In this document: piece after piece, positions 1 to 9,412 of the stretch
Position numbering within the stretch: position 1 is the stretch's first letter
Layout of the letters: every line of letters begins with the position of its first letter
IMG/VR virus record: IMGVR_UViG_3300025120_000017
Location: 64,001 to 128,000 of that record
DNA from: a virus
Strand: one strand, 5' to 3'
Length of the DNA: 64,000 nucleotides
Program-made: the position numbers and the translations under genes
Notes under the pieces: model-generated
The model's input: only the letters and a program-made list of their open reading frames with translations
Told to the model about the DNA's origin: nothing
Database searches by the model: none

Positions 1-744
1 ATTTCCTTCATTAACTCCAGACTCTTCAGACATATTCATATATCTATAAAGTTTATTATATAATGCTCTAAGATCTTTTGTTAAAGTGCGAATTTTTTTG
101 CTATCATCTTTCATGATCATACTGTAAATATGTTCACCATCTGCATCATCTTTAATTAACGCTCTAAGATCGGCAAAATCCTTAGCAGCCTGAGCAGCAT
201 TTTCAACAACTAATGATTCTTTGATCTTATGCTTTCTCATAAAATCTCTCGCCATATCAATTGCATTTCTTAAATCAGTAACATCTAGTTCTGCCCAGGT
301 TATATTACCTTGTAAAAGTACTTCAGATTCATCATCCCACTTTGCAGTAGTTCTCATATCACCTTGATCATAAATTAATTCTTCAAGATCTCCAATTTCC
401 TCAACATAATCATTATTTGATTCATTAATATTTGTGGCATTAATTACTCTTTTACCAAGTTTTGATAATTTATAATGAGTTTCGCCATTTTTCTCAAAAG
501 TTACTAAATATCTGGAATTCTTTTTAATCCACTGAGGACTAGTTTTTCTACCGCTCTCTTCATTAGCAGATTTAATGTATTCCATTAAGTCAGTTTTACA
601 ACAAGATCCTTGCTCAGATACAAATCCAAGAATTTTTTGTCTAACTGGAGCATTTGCACCAACTACTGTTGATGCATACTTTCCATATTTTCTCTTAACT
701 TGAATAGTTCTTCTTTCGTTTAAAAAGCTTTTATAACTCTTCAT
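1..744 (-). CDS. Partial (runs off the left edge) modular internal-head-like protein with capsid-targeting-like leader; first module winged-HTH-like
   Basis: Not in the ORF track; translated by hand: ATG at 744, MKSYKSFLNERRTIQ..., open for 248 codons to position 1. Linkers NINE|S, IKESLVVE|N, ESGVNE|G. Module 1 (VRQKILGFVSEQG...YLVTFEKNGETHYKLSKLGKRVI) resembles a wHTH. Confidence 0.75.
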   Translation of the reverse strand, partial: MKSYKSFLNERRTIQVKRKYGKYASTVVGANAPVRQKILGFVSEQGSCCKTDLMEYIKSANEESGRKTSPQWIKKNSRYLVTFEKNGETHYKLSKLGKRVINATNINESNNDYVEEIGDLEELIYDQGDMRTTAKWDDESEVLLQGNITWAELDVTDLRNAIDMARDFMRKHKIKESLVVENAAQAAKDFADLRALIKDDADGEHIYSMIMKDDSKKIRTLTKDLRALYNKLYRYMNMSEESGVNEGN

Positions 745-769
745 TTTAAATGTTTTTATTTTTGATGAT

Positions 770-1774
770 TTAAAATACAATCATAGATTCATCTCCATTA
801 ACTTCAACGAATTTTATATTATTTGATTTAAGTATTTTAATTACATCTTTCATTGTCATCATTCCAGATATGGATTCATCTCCGATAACAAAAGACATTT
901 TCTTAGATAATTTTTTTAATTGAGCCGCAGTAGATTCATCAAAATCATCAAATTCAATTTCAGATAATTCCCCAGCATAATCAGCAAGCTCTGATGGTAC
1001 ATCAGATTCATTAACCTTCCCAAAAGATTCTTCAACTCTATCAGAAACAACAATTCCTAAGTATTTCTCAATTTCTTCTTTTGAGAATCCTTTCTTAGCC
1101 AATTCATCGATTATCTTTGTTAAAGTACTTCCTACAATAGAGTCAAGTTTTCTTTTCATAAGCTTAACATCGCCTGCTTCACCAATAAACTCTTCAGCAT
1201 TTTCTTTATCTTCAGCATCAACATCCTCAACATCGTATTCTTCATCACCGACTTTAAATGTTTTTTCGTCATTTGCAATTGCCTTAGCTCTAGCAGCACT
1301 GAATGCATTTCCTTCTTTAACAGATTCAAATTGATGTCCTACAATTTTAAGACCTGCTACGCCTGGAAAAAATTCCCCTTGATCTGTTTGTATTCTACCG
1401 CTTGATGCTGAATGACGAGGTTCAGAAAAACCTTTAACTACAATAGCATCACCTCTAAAGTCTTTAGTCTTATAAGGTAATTTAACAACTTTTCCGGTTT
1501 TTTCATCTACTAACTTAGCTGATTCATTAACTGATTCGTTAGCAAATCTTGCCACGCCTTTATCAAATGCCTTATGATATTTTTTAGGAATATGGTCAGA
1601 TTTTAGGTAACTAATAAGTTCCTCTGCGCTATCCCACATTTGGTTAGCTGCCTCATCTGCATCGCTTGTATATTGACCAGCTGCATTAATGATTTCCATT
1701 GCAATATCCTGGTCAAGTCCATACATTTCATTAACAGACTTGCTTTTATTTATAAACCTTTTATAACTTTTCAT
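770..1774 (-). CDS. Modular internal-head/prohead-core-like protein
   Basis: Leader MKSYKRFINKSKSVNE; internal linkers ESVNE|S, ESVKE|G, FIGE|A, KVNE|S; acidic, lysine-rich composition typical of T4-type core/internal proteins. Confidence 0.65.
   Translation of the reverse strand: MKSYKRFINKSKSVNEMYGLDQDIAMEIINAAGQYTSDADEAANQMWDSAEELISYLKSDHIPKKYHKAFDKGVARFANESVNESAKLVDEKTGKVVKLPYKTKDFRGDAIVVKGFSEPRHSASSGRIQTDQGEFFPGVAGLKIVGHQFESVKEGNAFSAARAKAIANDEKTFKVGDEEYDVEDVDAEDKENAEEFIGEAGDVKLMKRKLDSIVGSTLTKIIDELAKKGFSKEEIEKYLGIVVSDRVEESFGKVNESDVPSELADYAGELSEIEFDDFDESTAAQLKKLSKKMSFVIGDESISGMMTMKDVIKILKSNNIKFVEVNGDESMIVF
1001..1180. repeat. 180-nt coding direct repeat, copy 1 (module EAGDVKLMKRKLDSIVGSTL...RVEESFxKVNESD)
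   Basis: Near-identical in DNA and protein to 2568..2747. Confidence 0.95.
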
Positions 1775-1786
1775 TTTAAATCTTTT

Positions 1787-2515
1787 TTATTTTATTTTCA
1801 ATAAGTCATTTATAAACTTTTCAACATCCTTTCCTTTACTTAAAATAACATCAGCAGTTTCATCATCTTCACTAAATGGTATAGGATATTCTATTGCAAT
1901 TCCATTACCTGCTTTGGATATATTAGCGTCATATCTATCAATATCTTGGATTGATGTGTTTTTAACTTTACCTGTCTTATTAAAATTTGATAGTACTGAA
2001 ATTAAAGTACTAATCTCATCTTCATCAAAAACCATTTCAGATTCACCATTAAAATCTATAGCAACACCCTGAGATGCTTTAGATACCGATACATCAGATT
2101 CATTAACTGATTCATTCATTGGAATATCAACACCTAGTAATATTACGCTAACAGTTGGAGTACCACCTACGCTAAATCCTGGCAAAAATGCTTTAGCTTT
2201 TTTTCCTTTTTTAGATATTGATTCGCCTGCCTTCTTTATAATATTTCTAATCTTTGCAGTTTTTGGATCATCTTCATCAGTAAATGATGAATATCCATTA
2301 TCGTCATCATATACTTTAATATCTTTAAGAGCTTTAGCAGTAAAATCAAACTTTAAAACAGGAAATTCCTTTCTTCCATCCATGTTAAGTTCAAGTTTAG
2401 GATTTTGTAATAAACCTGTCTTCATCATGACATCTTGTGCATATTTAATCTGTGCATCTGTAAAATTATCATTAACATGCTTTGCTTCATTAACAAAACT
2501 TTTATAACTTTTCAT
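1787..2515 (-). CDS. Two-module internal-head-like protein
   Basis: Leader MKSYKSFVNE|AK; central linker PMNESVNE|SDV separates two unrelated domains. Confidence 0.65.
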   Translation of the reverse strand: MKSYKSFVNEAKHVNDNFTDAQIKYAQDVMMKTGLLQNPKLELNMDGRKEFPVLKFDFTAKALKDIKVYDDDNGYSSFTDEDDPKTAKIRNIIKKAGESISKKGKKAKAFLPGFSVGGTPTVSVILLGVDIPMNESVNESDVSVSKASQGVAIDFNGESEMVFDEDEISTLISVLSNFNKTGKVKNTSIQDIDRYDANISKAGNGIAIEYPIPFSEDDETADVILSKGKDVEKFINDLLKIK

Positions 2516-2528
2516 CTTAAACTATTTT

Positions 2529-3143
2529 TTATTTTTCAGTGGATGCCATATTTCCTTCACCGTCTGCATCTGATTCATTAACCTTTTTAAAAGATTCTTC
2601 AACTCTATCAGAAACAACAATCTCCATATACTTTTCGATTTCCTCTTTTGAAAAACCTTTCTTAGCTAATTCATCGATAATCTTCTTTAGTGTAGATCCT
2701 ACAATAGAGTCAAGTTTTCTTTTCATAAGCTTAACATCTCCTGCTTCAGTAATTCCTGATAATGCTTCAGTAACTTTTGCAGTTATTTCTTGGTCATCAT
2801 TAACAACTTCATCACCATCTCCGGATTTTGTTGGTTTACCTTTTGCTACTTCTTTATCTTCTATTTCATCAGATGATTCATCACCATCACCCATATCTTT
2901 AGAAACCTCTTTGCCAGCACCGTTTCCATTTTCTTGGTCTTCGTTATCTGCTTTTACCATTTCTGAAACTTCTCCGTCCCATTCTGATTCTATTTCGTTA
3001 AAGAATTTTTTCTTTTCTCCAGTAGATAAGTCAGCAGGTGAATCCGCGCCGTACTCAGCTAATTTTTCTTTAAAGAAATCTGCATATTCTTTTTGCTTTT
3101 TAGACTTCTCTTCTTCTAGTATAATTTGTCCTAAACTTCTCAT
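2529..3143 (-). CDS. Acidic prohead-core-like protein carrying the shared 60-aa module
   Basis: MRSLGQIILE|E start, D/E-rich middle, ITE|AGDVKL... module shared with 770..1774. Confidence 0.6.
   Translation of the reverse strand: MRSLGQIILEEEKSKKQKEYADFFKEKLAEYGADSPADLSTGEKKKFFNEIESEWDGEVSEMVKADNEDQENGNGAGKEVSKDMGDGDESSDEIEDKEVAKGKPTKSGDGDEVVNDDQEITAKVTEALSGITEAGDVKLMKRKLDSIVGSTLKKIIDELAKKGFSKEEIEKYMEIVVSDRVEESFKKVNESDADGEGNMASTEK
2568..2747. repeat. 180-nt coding direct repeat, copy 2
   Basis: Near-identical to 1001..1180. Confidence 0.95.
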
Positions 3144-3161
3144 AGTGAGTTTTATTTTTTG

Positions 3162-3175
3162 TTTTTATATTTAAT
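3162..3175 (-). promoter_or_regulatory. Candidate late promoter ATTAAATATAAAAA
   Basis: One of six exact copies lying roughly 10-20 nt upstream of minus-strand starts; shares TAAATA with the T4 late promoter TATAAATA. Confidence 0.65.
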
Positions 3176-3179
3176 CTAT

Positions 3180-3842
3180 TTATTTAATTCCATTCACAGG
3201 CATTCTAACCATTTCCTTATTAAACCGCTTTTCTTTATTTTCTTTAAATCCAAATCTTTTATAAAATTCTTTAAGTCTAGATGTTGAGCTTCCAAATTTA
3301 TCTGTTGTATCAAGAGTTAATATAAAACTTTGGTTATCTGCAAATTTAATAAGATCTTCCATGATTCTTGATCCTATTCCACTATTTTTATGAGTTTTAT
3401 TTACTTCTAAATAATTTAGCATAATAACATCTTCATTAGTTGTTATTGGATAATAGGATAATTTAATATCTTCAACAGGAAACTTCTTTAGTATGCTATC
3501 AGCAAATTCTTTAACCATTTTGGTTTTAGTTTTAATATCTTCTTTAAGGCCATCATATTTTTTATAACTTAATAGCCAACCTCTTAGCACTTTAGTAATT
3601 GAATCTGCGTGAGTTCCTTCAGGTTTTTCTATTGTTGTAATATTAACAGTAATATCACCATCTTGTAAACTTACTACTCCCGCATCTTGAAGAATTTTAT
3701 ATTCTTTTTCTCCATATGTATTTTTAATAAAATATGCAACTTGTCCTAAAAGATCATATTGACTGTTTTCAACCATTACATTAGGTATAGTACCAATAGG
3801 ATATAATTTAGATTGATTAATAAATTTTTTTAACCTCTTCAT
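3180..3842 (-). CDS. GNAT-family acetyltransferase domain protein with capsid-targeting-like leader
   Basis: LEVNKTHKNSGIGSRIM (acetyl-CoA-binding motif A) and LKEFYKRFGF (motif B) at the C-terminus; N-terminus MKRLKKFINQ. Confidence 0.75.
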   Translation of the reverse strand: MKRLKKFINQSKLYPIGTIPNVMVENSQYDLLGQVAYFIKNTYGEKEYKILQDAGVVSLQDGDITVNITTIEKPEGTHADSITKVLRGWLLSYKKYDGLKEDIKTKTKMVKEFADSILKKFPVEDIKLSYYPITTNEDVIMLNYLEVNKTHKNSGIGSRIMEDLIKFADNQSFILTLDTTDKFGSSTSRLKEFYKRFGFKENKEKRFNKEMVRMPVNGIK

Positions 3843-5362
3843 AAATATATTTCTTTTATTTTATATGGAAACTTTTGTTCTTTATATATTTTCTGTCTTG
3901 CCTTGCCATGAAAGTATACTAAATTCTTTTTAGTACTTCTTAAAATGTCAGTATAATCAAAAACATATAATATAGCCTTATCATCGTGAAGTCTTAATCC
4001 TCTACCTAAACTTTGTCTTATAATTATATCACTTTTAAAACTTTCAGTTAAGTGTATGTAATGTATATTTTTTACATTAATTCCAGTAGAAAAAGTACCA
4101 TAAGATGCTACAAGAACTTTATCTTTCCCATGTTCCATAAGATGTTTGATTTCATTCCTAGCGTTTTTATCAACCCCGCCATCAATGTAATAAACTTTCT
4201 TATTAGTATTTTCATTTATATATTTATAAAGGTCCTTGCCATATACTGTTCTATGAAATAGTACTAATTCATTGCCTTTACATTTATCAACAACTCTTTT
4301 TATAACTTCAATACGTTGTTTATTTTGTATGATAACATCTTGCTCCATTCTAAGAAGCTTTGATTTGTCATCTATTGTTGCTGTGATTTCATCAAAAGAT
4401 TCTTTTATTTTATCTGAGTGATGTAATTCTAAAACATTTATAAAAAGCTTAGATATATGACCTTTATCTTGAAGTTCTTTTGCTTTTATTTCAGTAATAA
4501 GTGGACCTAGATATGCTTGTAATGTTAGCCAATCAAGAGTTCCTTTTTTAGGTACTGTACCTGTTAGACCAAATCTTCTATCTGCACTATGACACCTTCC
4601 TAAAATATCTTGAATTGATTTTGCTTTTACTTTATGAGTTTCATCACAGCATATAGTATCAAATGCCGATAAGAAACTATCAGAAAATTTAACTAGACTT
4701 TGAAATGTTCCTACGAAAATATTTTGGTCATATGTATATTCTTTTGATTCTCCTCCATGAATTTGCTTTATTTCTAATAGTGTTTTATTATTAGGTTTTA
4801 AAAAGCTATTATATTCATGAAAGTCTTCAAATGCTTGTATTACTAAATTGATTGTAGGTACAATCATAAGACATTTTTTAGATAATCCTTTATCTAATAA
4901 ATATGAAAATGCTATATAAATGATTAAAGATTTTCCTGCACTGGTAGCAAGTTCACTAATAGATAATTTATATTTAAGTATTTTATAGGCAGAGTTAATT
5001 TGATAATCTCTAGGAGCAAACGGTTCACCTTTTTTATCAGTAGCATCTTCAAATTTGCTATTTACCCATTCACTAAATTCGTTAAATTCCAAATCATAAA
5101 AAAGATTTCTTAAACCGTCTATTTCAATATCATAACGATATTTTTTAGCAACTTCTCTAAGCTCCATCCATAATCCTGATGGCACATACTTATCTTGATG
5201 AAAATATGATATTATACCATTCCATTTTGCCTTAACTGGGTTAGGTAAAAAATTATAGTATTCTAGTTTTTTTGTTAATGATTTTTGGAGTTGCCCTTTT
5301 TCAGTCCTATCAGCATCTACTAAAGTAAGAATCCTATTATTATGTGATAGTGTGAATTTCAT
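3839..5362 (-). CDS. uvsW: UvsW-like SF2 DNA helicase
   Basis: PRDYQ, ATSAGKS (Walker A), DETH, GLTGT, QSLGRGLR; about 500 aa, as T4 UvsW. Confidence 0.9.
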   Translation of the reverse strand: MKFTLSHNNRILTLVDADRTEKGQLQKSLTKKLEYYNFLPNPVKAKWNGIISYFHQDKYVPSGLWMELREVAKKYRYDIEIDGLRNLFYDLEFNEFSEWVNSKFEDATDKKGEPFAPRDYQINSAYKILKYKLSISELATSAGKSLIIYIAFSYLLDKGLSKKCLMIVPTINLVIQAFEDFHEYNSFLKPNNKTLLEIKQIHGGESKEYTYDQNIFVGTFQSLVKFSDSFLSAFDTICCDETHKVKAKSIQDILGRCHSADRRFGLTGTVPKKGTLDWLTLQAYLGPLITEIKAKELQDKGHISKLFINVLELHHSDKIKESFDEITATIDDKSKLLRMEQDVIIQNKQRIEVIKRVVDKCKGNELVLFHRTVYGKDLYKYINENTNKKVYYIDGGVDKNARNEIKHLMEHGKDKVLVASYGTFSTGINVKNIHYIHLTESFKSDIIIRQSLGRGLRLHDDKAILYVFDYTDILRSTKKNLVYFHGKARQKIYKEQKFPYKIKEIYL

Positions 5363-5385
5363 TAATGTGTATTTTTATAATATAT

Positions 5386-5850
5386 TTAATAACCGCCACT
5401 TAGGAACCTAGTTGACTCTATTAAGTATTTTATTGCAAATCCAATCTTATCAATAGTTTCAATAGTTCTTCTATAATAATCTATTTGGTTTTCTAATACA
5501 GTTTTAAAATTTGTCTTAGGTTCAAGATCAGCATCAATATGTTTATGTATTTCACTATCATTTAATCTAACATTATATTCTGTCTTATACTTAAAATACA
5601 TATGCTTTCGTTCTTCACCAATTCTTTCGCTATGTTTGCGAATTTTTGAGCGTAGGTTAGAAATTTTATCACTTAACCTATGTCTTTGTGAAGATGTATG
5701 TACTTGTAACTCAGCAACTTCTTTAATATCAGTTAGTTTACTTATAATATTTTCATGGATAAATTTACCAATTTCATCTCTTTCAGATTCAAACTTTAAT
5801 TCAAGTTCTTGAACCTTTTTATAATATGCATCTTTTTGTTCTTTGTTCAT
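5386..5850 (-). CDS. UvsY-like recombination mediator
   Basis: 154-aa helical protein next to uvsW; C-terminal IDKIGFAIKYLIESTRFLSG resembles UvsY C-termini. Confidence 0.6.
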   Translation of the reverse strand: MNKEQKDAYYKKVQELELKFESERDEIGKFIHENIISKLTDIKEVAELQVHTSSQRHRLSDKISNLRSKIRKHSERIGEERKHMYFKYKTEYNVRLNDSEIHKHIDADLEPKTNFKTVLENQIDYYRRTIETIDKIGFAIKYLIESTRFLSGGY

Positions 5851-6074
5851 TAAAATAGAGAATTGTCTGCTGACTTATCAGCGTTTGTTATTGTTTTATC
5901 TATAGGATCAGATGTAGGAATTTCATCTACATCATTAATGATTAATTTAGATGTTGCTTTTTTTCTATATGCTCTTATAAACCATTTTCCTAAAGGTAAT
6001 TTTAAATCGCCAGTAGGTGCTTTAGTTGCCTTTTTAAATAATATACCTATTTCTTTATACATAATACATATCAT
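5850..6074 (-). CDS. Small hypothetical protein (start may be MYKEIG at 6062)
   Basis: Fills the gap between primase and UvsY-like genes with abutting stop/start. Confidence 0.5.
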   Translation of the reverse strand: MICIMYKEIGILFKKATKAPTGDLKLPLGKWFIRAYRKKATSKLIINDVDEIPTSDPIDKTITNADKSADNSLF

Positions 6075-7137
6075 ATTTTGTTTTACTAAAATATGTAGAC
6101 AATTTATTTAATGATTCTGAGTATTCACGATTATCATAAACATATTTTATCACTTCGTTCAAATCTTTAAGTCTTTTGTTTTTATATTTAAAATCTTTAA
6201 AGAATTTTGACCACATAAAGCATTGCTTATTTATCTTTATTTTATCTATAGCATTAGTTTTACCTGTCTTATCGTTATCGTAAAAATATCTAATATTATC
6301 CATATCATCAAAAAATTCTTTTAATTTAGTTGCACCTGCGGTTGCTACGCTATTTGGTAAAAAGAATGAATCTAACGGACCTTCAAAAACTGTGAGAGGT
6401 ATTTCAAGGTTTACATTAAAGATATTGAATATTAAAGATAAGTTATCGCAAGTACCTTTAAACACAATATCTTTAAAATCTATATCATATCGCATTTCTT
6501 CATTTAACTTTGAAAAGTCTTTTGTCAGATATTTAGGACCACCGTCAAGATTTTTTATTTGTAACCCAACTACTTTATCTTCTCCTATTTTATTTAGGAT
6601 CCATACTTCTCTCTTCTTCCATTTATTTACTCTAAATAATAGTTGATTCTTTACACTTTGTAATAATCTATCTTTTATAAATTGTTCTGACCAATCATAG
6701 TATGCATAAGATTTTAATCCATAAAAATCTTTAATTCTTTTAGTGAGTATAGAATTTTCATGCAAGAACTTAAAATATTCACTACTGTTTTGAAGAGTGA
6801 TATGTTGTCTATTCTTACTATTATTTTTTAAGATCTCTGCAATATTTTTAATATAATCAGCATTTCCTATTTTTTTACCAAATGCTTTAAAGAATCTAAA
6901 TGCTCCCCAATATTTTGCTACGCATTCGCCATTAAAGCAATGGAATTTCATTGTATCAAAATAAAAATATCCACGTTTTTTTGTTCTATCTTTAACAGAG
7001 TCTCCGCATACTGGACAGGCCATTAATAATTCAGATCCTTTATTTCTTAGCTTTCTTTTATGAACATCTGTAAATGTATCATTAAGAATGTCTTGTATGG
7101 TTTCTGTTAAATGATTTTTTAAATTATCTTTACACAT
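6055..7137 (-). CDS. DNA primase (T4 gp61-like)
   Basis: Zn ribbon CPVCGDS...FHCFNGEC; TOPRIM VFEGPLDS, YDNDKTG, KDLNE. Confidence 0.9.
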   Translation of the reverse strand: MCKDNLKNHLTETIQDILNDTFTDVHKRKLRNKGSELLMACPVCGDSVKDRTKKRGYFYFDTMKFHCFNGECVAKYWGAFRFFKAFGKKIGNADYIKNIAEILKNNSKNRQHITLQNSSEYFKFLHENSILTKRIKDFYGLKSYAYYDWSEQFIKDRLLQSVKNQLLFRVNKWKKREVWILNKIGEDKVVGLQIKNLDGGPKYLTKDFSKLNEEMRYDIDFKDIVFKGTCDNLSLIFNIFNVNLEIPLTVFEGPLDSFFLPNSVATAGATKLKEFFDDMDNIRYFYDNDKTGKTNAIDKIKINKQCFMWSKFFKDFKYKNKRLKDLNEVIKYVYDNREYSESLNKLSTYFSKTKYDMYYV

Positions 7138-7147
7138 ATAATAGTAT

Positions 7148-7177
7148 AAAAAAAAGGGTGGGACTTATCCCACCCTT
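7148..7177 (-). terminator. Intrinsic terminator after the SSB gene
   Basis: 10-bp stem AAGGGTGGGA/TCCCACCCTT, 4-nt loop, U-tract on the minus strand. Confidence 0.85.
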
Positions 7178-7204
7178 ATATAGTTACATTAATAGATTTA
7201 TCAA

Positions 7205-8233
7205 TTAAAGGTCTAAATCAAGATCATCTAGAAAATTATTAATGTTTTCGTCAGATTCTATTTCAACTGTTTTTTCTTTAGCAATAGGTTCAGATGTAGG
7301 TCTTGCATTTTTTAAAGCAGAACCAGACTCAACTTCATCTATCACATCATCAATAGATTCTGTAGATGCAGATGGTGTTGACTTATCAGCTTCTTTATTA
7401 ACAACTCCACTTATTTGCATTTCTCGTTTAGGTGCTGCAGTTGTCCCGAAAGATATTCCAGTTTTTTCAGTAATAATACTAAGCAATAGCGACTTTCGTT
7501 CTGCATCCATAGGAACATAAATGTATGGCTTCATAAGTTCTTCGCCTGTTTTAATAAATTCTAAAAATTCAGGTTTAGATTCAGTAGTAAATGATTCTCC
7601 TTTAAATTGTAATTCGCCTTTTTCTTGCCATTCACAACCATCATAATTCCAATACCCTCCTTTAAGACCAACGTTTACTTCTAAACTTCTTCCTATAAGT
7701 GGATTGAAGATATCTTCAGCTTTTTTACCCATCTTAATAGCTTTTGCATCAAGATTTACTTTACCATCAATTACTTTATGAACTTGTATAGGGCATTTCC
7801 ATACCATCAGCTTACCTTCATTCTCTGGTGTTACTAAATCTTTTTCTACATAAACTAAATAAAAGAAACTAGATTTTGGCTTAATTTCATCTGCAAGATC
7901 TTCAGATCTCTGATTTGTTTTTCCTTCTCTTTTTAATTTAAAGAATGCTCCCATAGCTTCGCATTTTTCGCCAATTGAGAACGGAGAGTCAAAATATCCA
8001 CCTTCATCAGCAGAATTCTTTAAATAGAATGTCTTTTTCTCAACGAAGTTTCTTTTAGGATTAAATCCGTCAGGATTAGCCAACCAATAAACAGGTCTTA
8101 CCACAGCAGAATATACTTTATCTTTTGCTTGGTTTGGATCTGGTTTAAATAAGTTAGTTGAATTTGAACTTTGCGACTGAGCAGGAGCTTCGAAGTCGTC
8201 CATGTTTACATTGAAAATGTCTAAATTTTCCAT
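7205..8233 (-). CDS. Single-stranded DNA-binding protein (T4 gp32-like)
   Basis: LVYVEKDLVTPENEGKLMVW, DIFNPLIGRSL, GGYWNYD and acidic tail (FLDDLDLDL). Confidence 0.85.
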   Translation of the reverse strand: MENLDIFNVNMDDFEAPAQSQSSNSTNLFKPDPNQAKDKVYSAVVRPVYWLANPDGFNPKRNFVEKKTFYLKNSADEGGYFDSPFSIGEKCEAMGAFFKLKREGKTNQRSEDLADEIKPKSSFFYLVYVEKDLVTPENEGKLMVWKCPIQVHKVIDGKVNLDAKAIKMGKKAEDIFNPLIGRSLEVNVGLKGGYWNYDGCEWQEKGELQFKGESFTTESKPEFLEFIKTGEELMKPYIYVPMDAERKSLLLSIITEKTGISFGTTAAPKREMQISGVVNKEADKSTPSASTESIDDVIDEVESGSALKNARPTSEPIAKEKTVEIESDENINNFLDDLDLDL

Positions 8234-8407
8234 AATTTACCGTTTTTACTTTTGTTAAATTTTAATTACAATAGTTAAATTCTTTTAAGCGCTTAATTGT
8301 TTTAACCTTTGTTACCTTTTTTTATAAAAAAGAGTTTTTTATTCTTTTCTATAGTATATTTAATCAACTAGGTTATGTTTATTTGCTTAATTTTATAACA
8401 TTTTTCA

Positions 8408-9412
8408 CTAAATTTTTACTGCTTCTACATCTAAACTTTCCATAAAATTTTCAGGAATGTTACCTAATTTATCTTGATCTTTTAAGTACTCAATAGTATC
8501 TTGAATTGCATCATGAATTGTTTTAACAGGTTTCCATTCTGTAAACATTTGTGCTTTTACACTATTTGCATAAATACTATGAGCTTCTCCATTAATTTCA
8601 GGAAATTGAATAAAGTCAACTTTTTTACCCATCTTATATGCAATTACTTTAACAATATCTATAAGACTTGTTGCTCTACCCGTTCCTAAATTAAAAGTGC
8701 CTGTGATATCTTTGTTATCTAACAAGAGTCTATGAAATGCGTTTACATCATCAACGTGTATAAAATCTCTTTCTCTTGTTTCATCACCAAATATGATTGG
8801 TTTATTGCCTTGCATATATCTAATGATAACTCCTGCAAAAAGCGGTGGAACTGTTCTTGTATAGTCTTGCATACACCCAGCAACATTAAAGTATCTTAAT
8901 GCAACCCATTTCATACCATATAGTTTTTTATATGATTCTGCTAGTGAAGCAACTGCAGCTTTTGAAGTACTATAAATTGTTTTAGGATTAGATTGTTCTT
9001 CTCTATATCCTCCTTGATATAAATAAGAATCTTCATATACAGCGCTAGTTTCACTAAAAACAACTTTAACATTATATTTTACAGCAATGTTAAAAACATT
9101 GATACTTCCCATTAAGTTATTATCATAGCAATCAGCTTGATTCTTATCACAATCATAAATGCTAACAAGACCCGCAAAATGATAGATAATATCTACACCT
9201 CCTAAAATATCAATAGCATCTTCAAGATCATTAGGTTTTCTAATATCACCTTCATAAAACTTTACCTTATCATGAATCTCTGGCATATAAGTACCTTGAC
9301 CTAAATTATCTAAAATAGCAATGTTGTCACTATCATAGCCTTCTTTTAATAAATCAGCGATAAAATTAGTTCCTATAAAACCACATCCACCTGTTATCAG
9401 AATCTTTTTCAT
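8408..9412 (-). CDS. NAD-dependent sugar epimerase/dehydratase (GalE-like extended SDR)
   Basis: ILITGGCGFIG, YSTSK (YxxxK), LRYFNVAG, RDFIHVDDV, FNLGTG. Confidence 0.9.
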   Translation of the reverse strand: MKKILITGGCGFIGTNFIADLLKEGYDSDNIAILDNLGQGTYMPEIHDKVKFYEGDIRKPNDLEDAIDILGGVDIIYHFAGLVSIYDCDKNQADCYDNNLMGSINVFNIAVKYNVKVVFSETSAVYEDSYLYQGGYREEQSNPKTIYSTSKAAVASLAESYKKLYGMKWVALRYFNVAGCMQDYTRTVPPLFAGVIIRYMQGNKPIIFGDETRERDFIHVDDVNAFHRLLLDNKDITGTFNLGTGRATSLIDIVKVIAYKMGKKVDFIQFPEINGEAHSIYANSVKAQMFTEWKPVKTIHDAIQDTIEYLKDQDKLGNIPENFMESLDVEAVKI

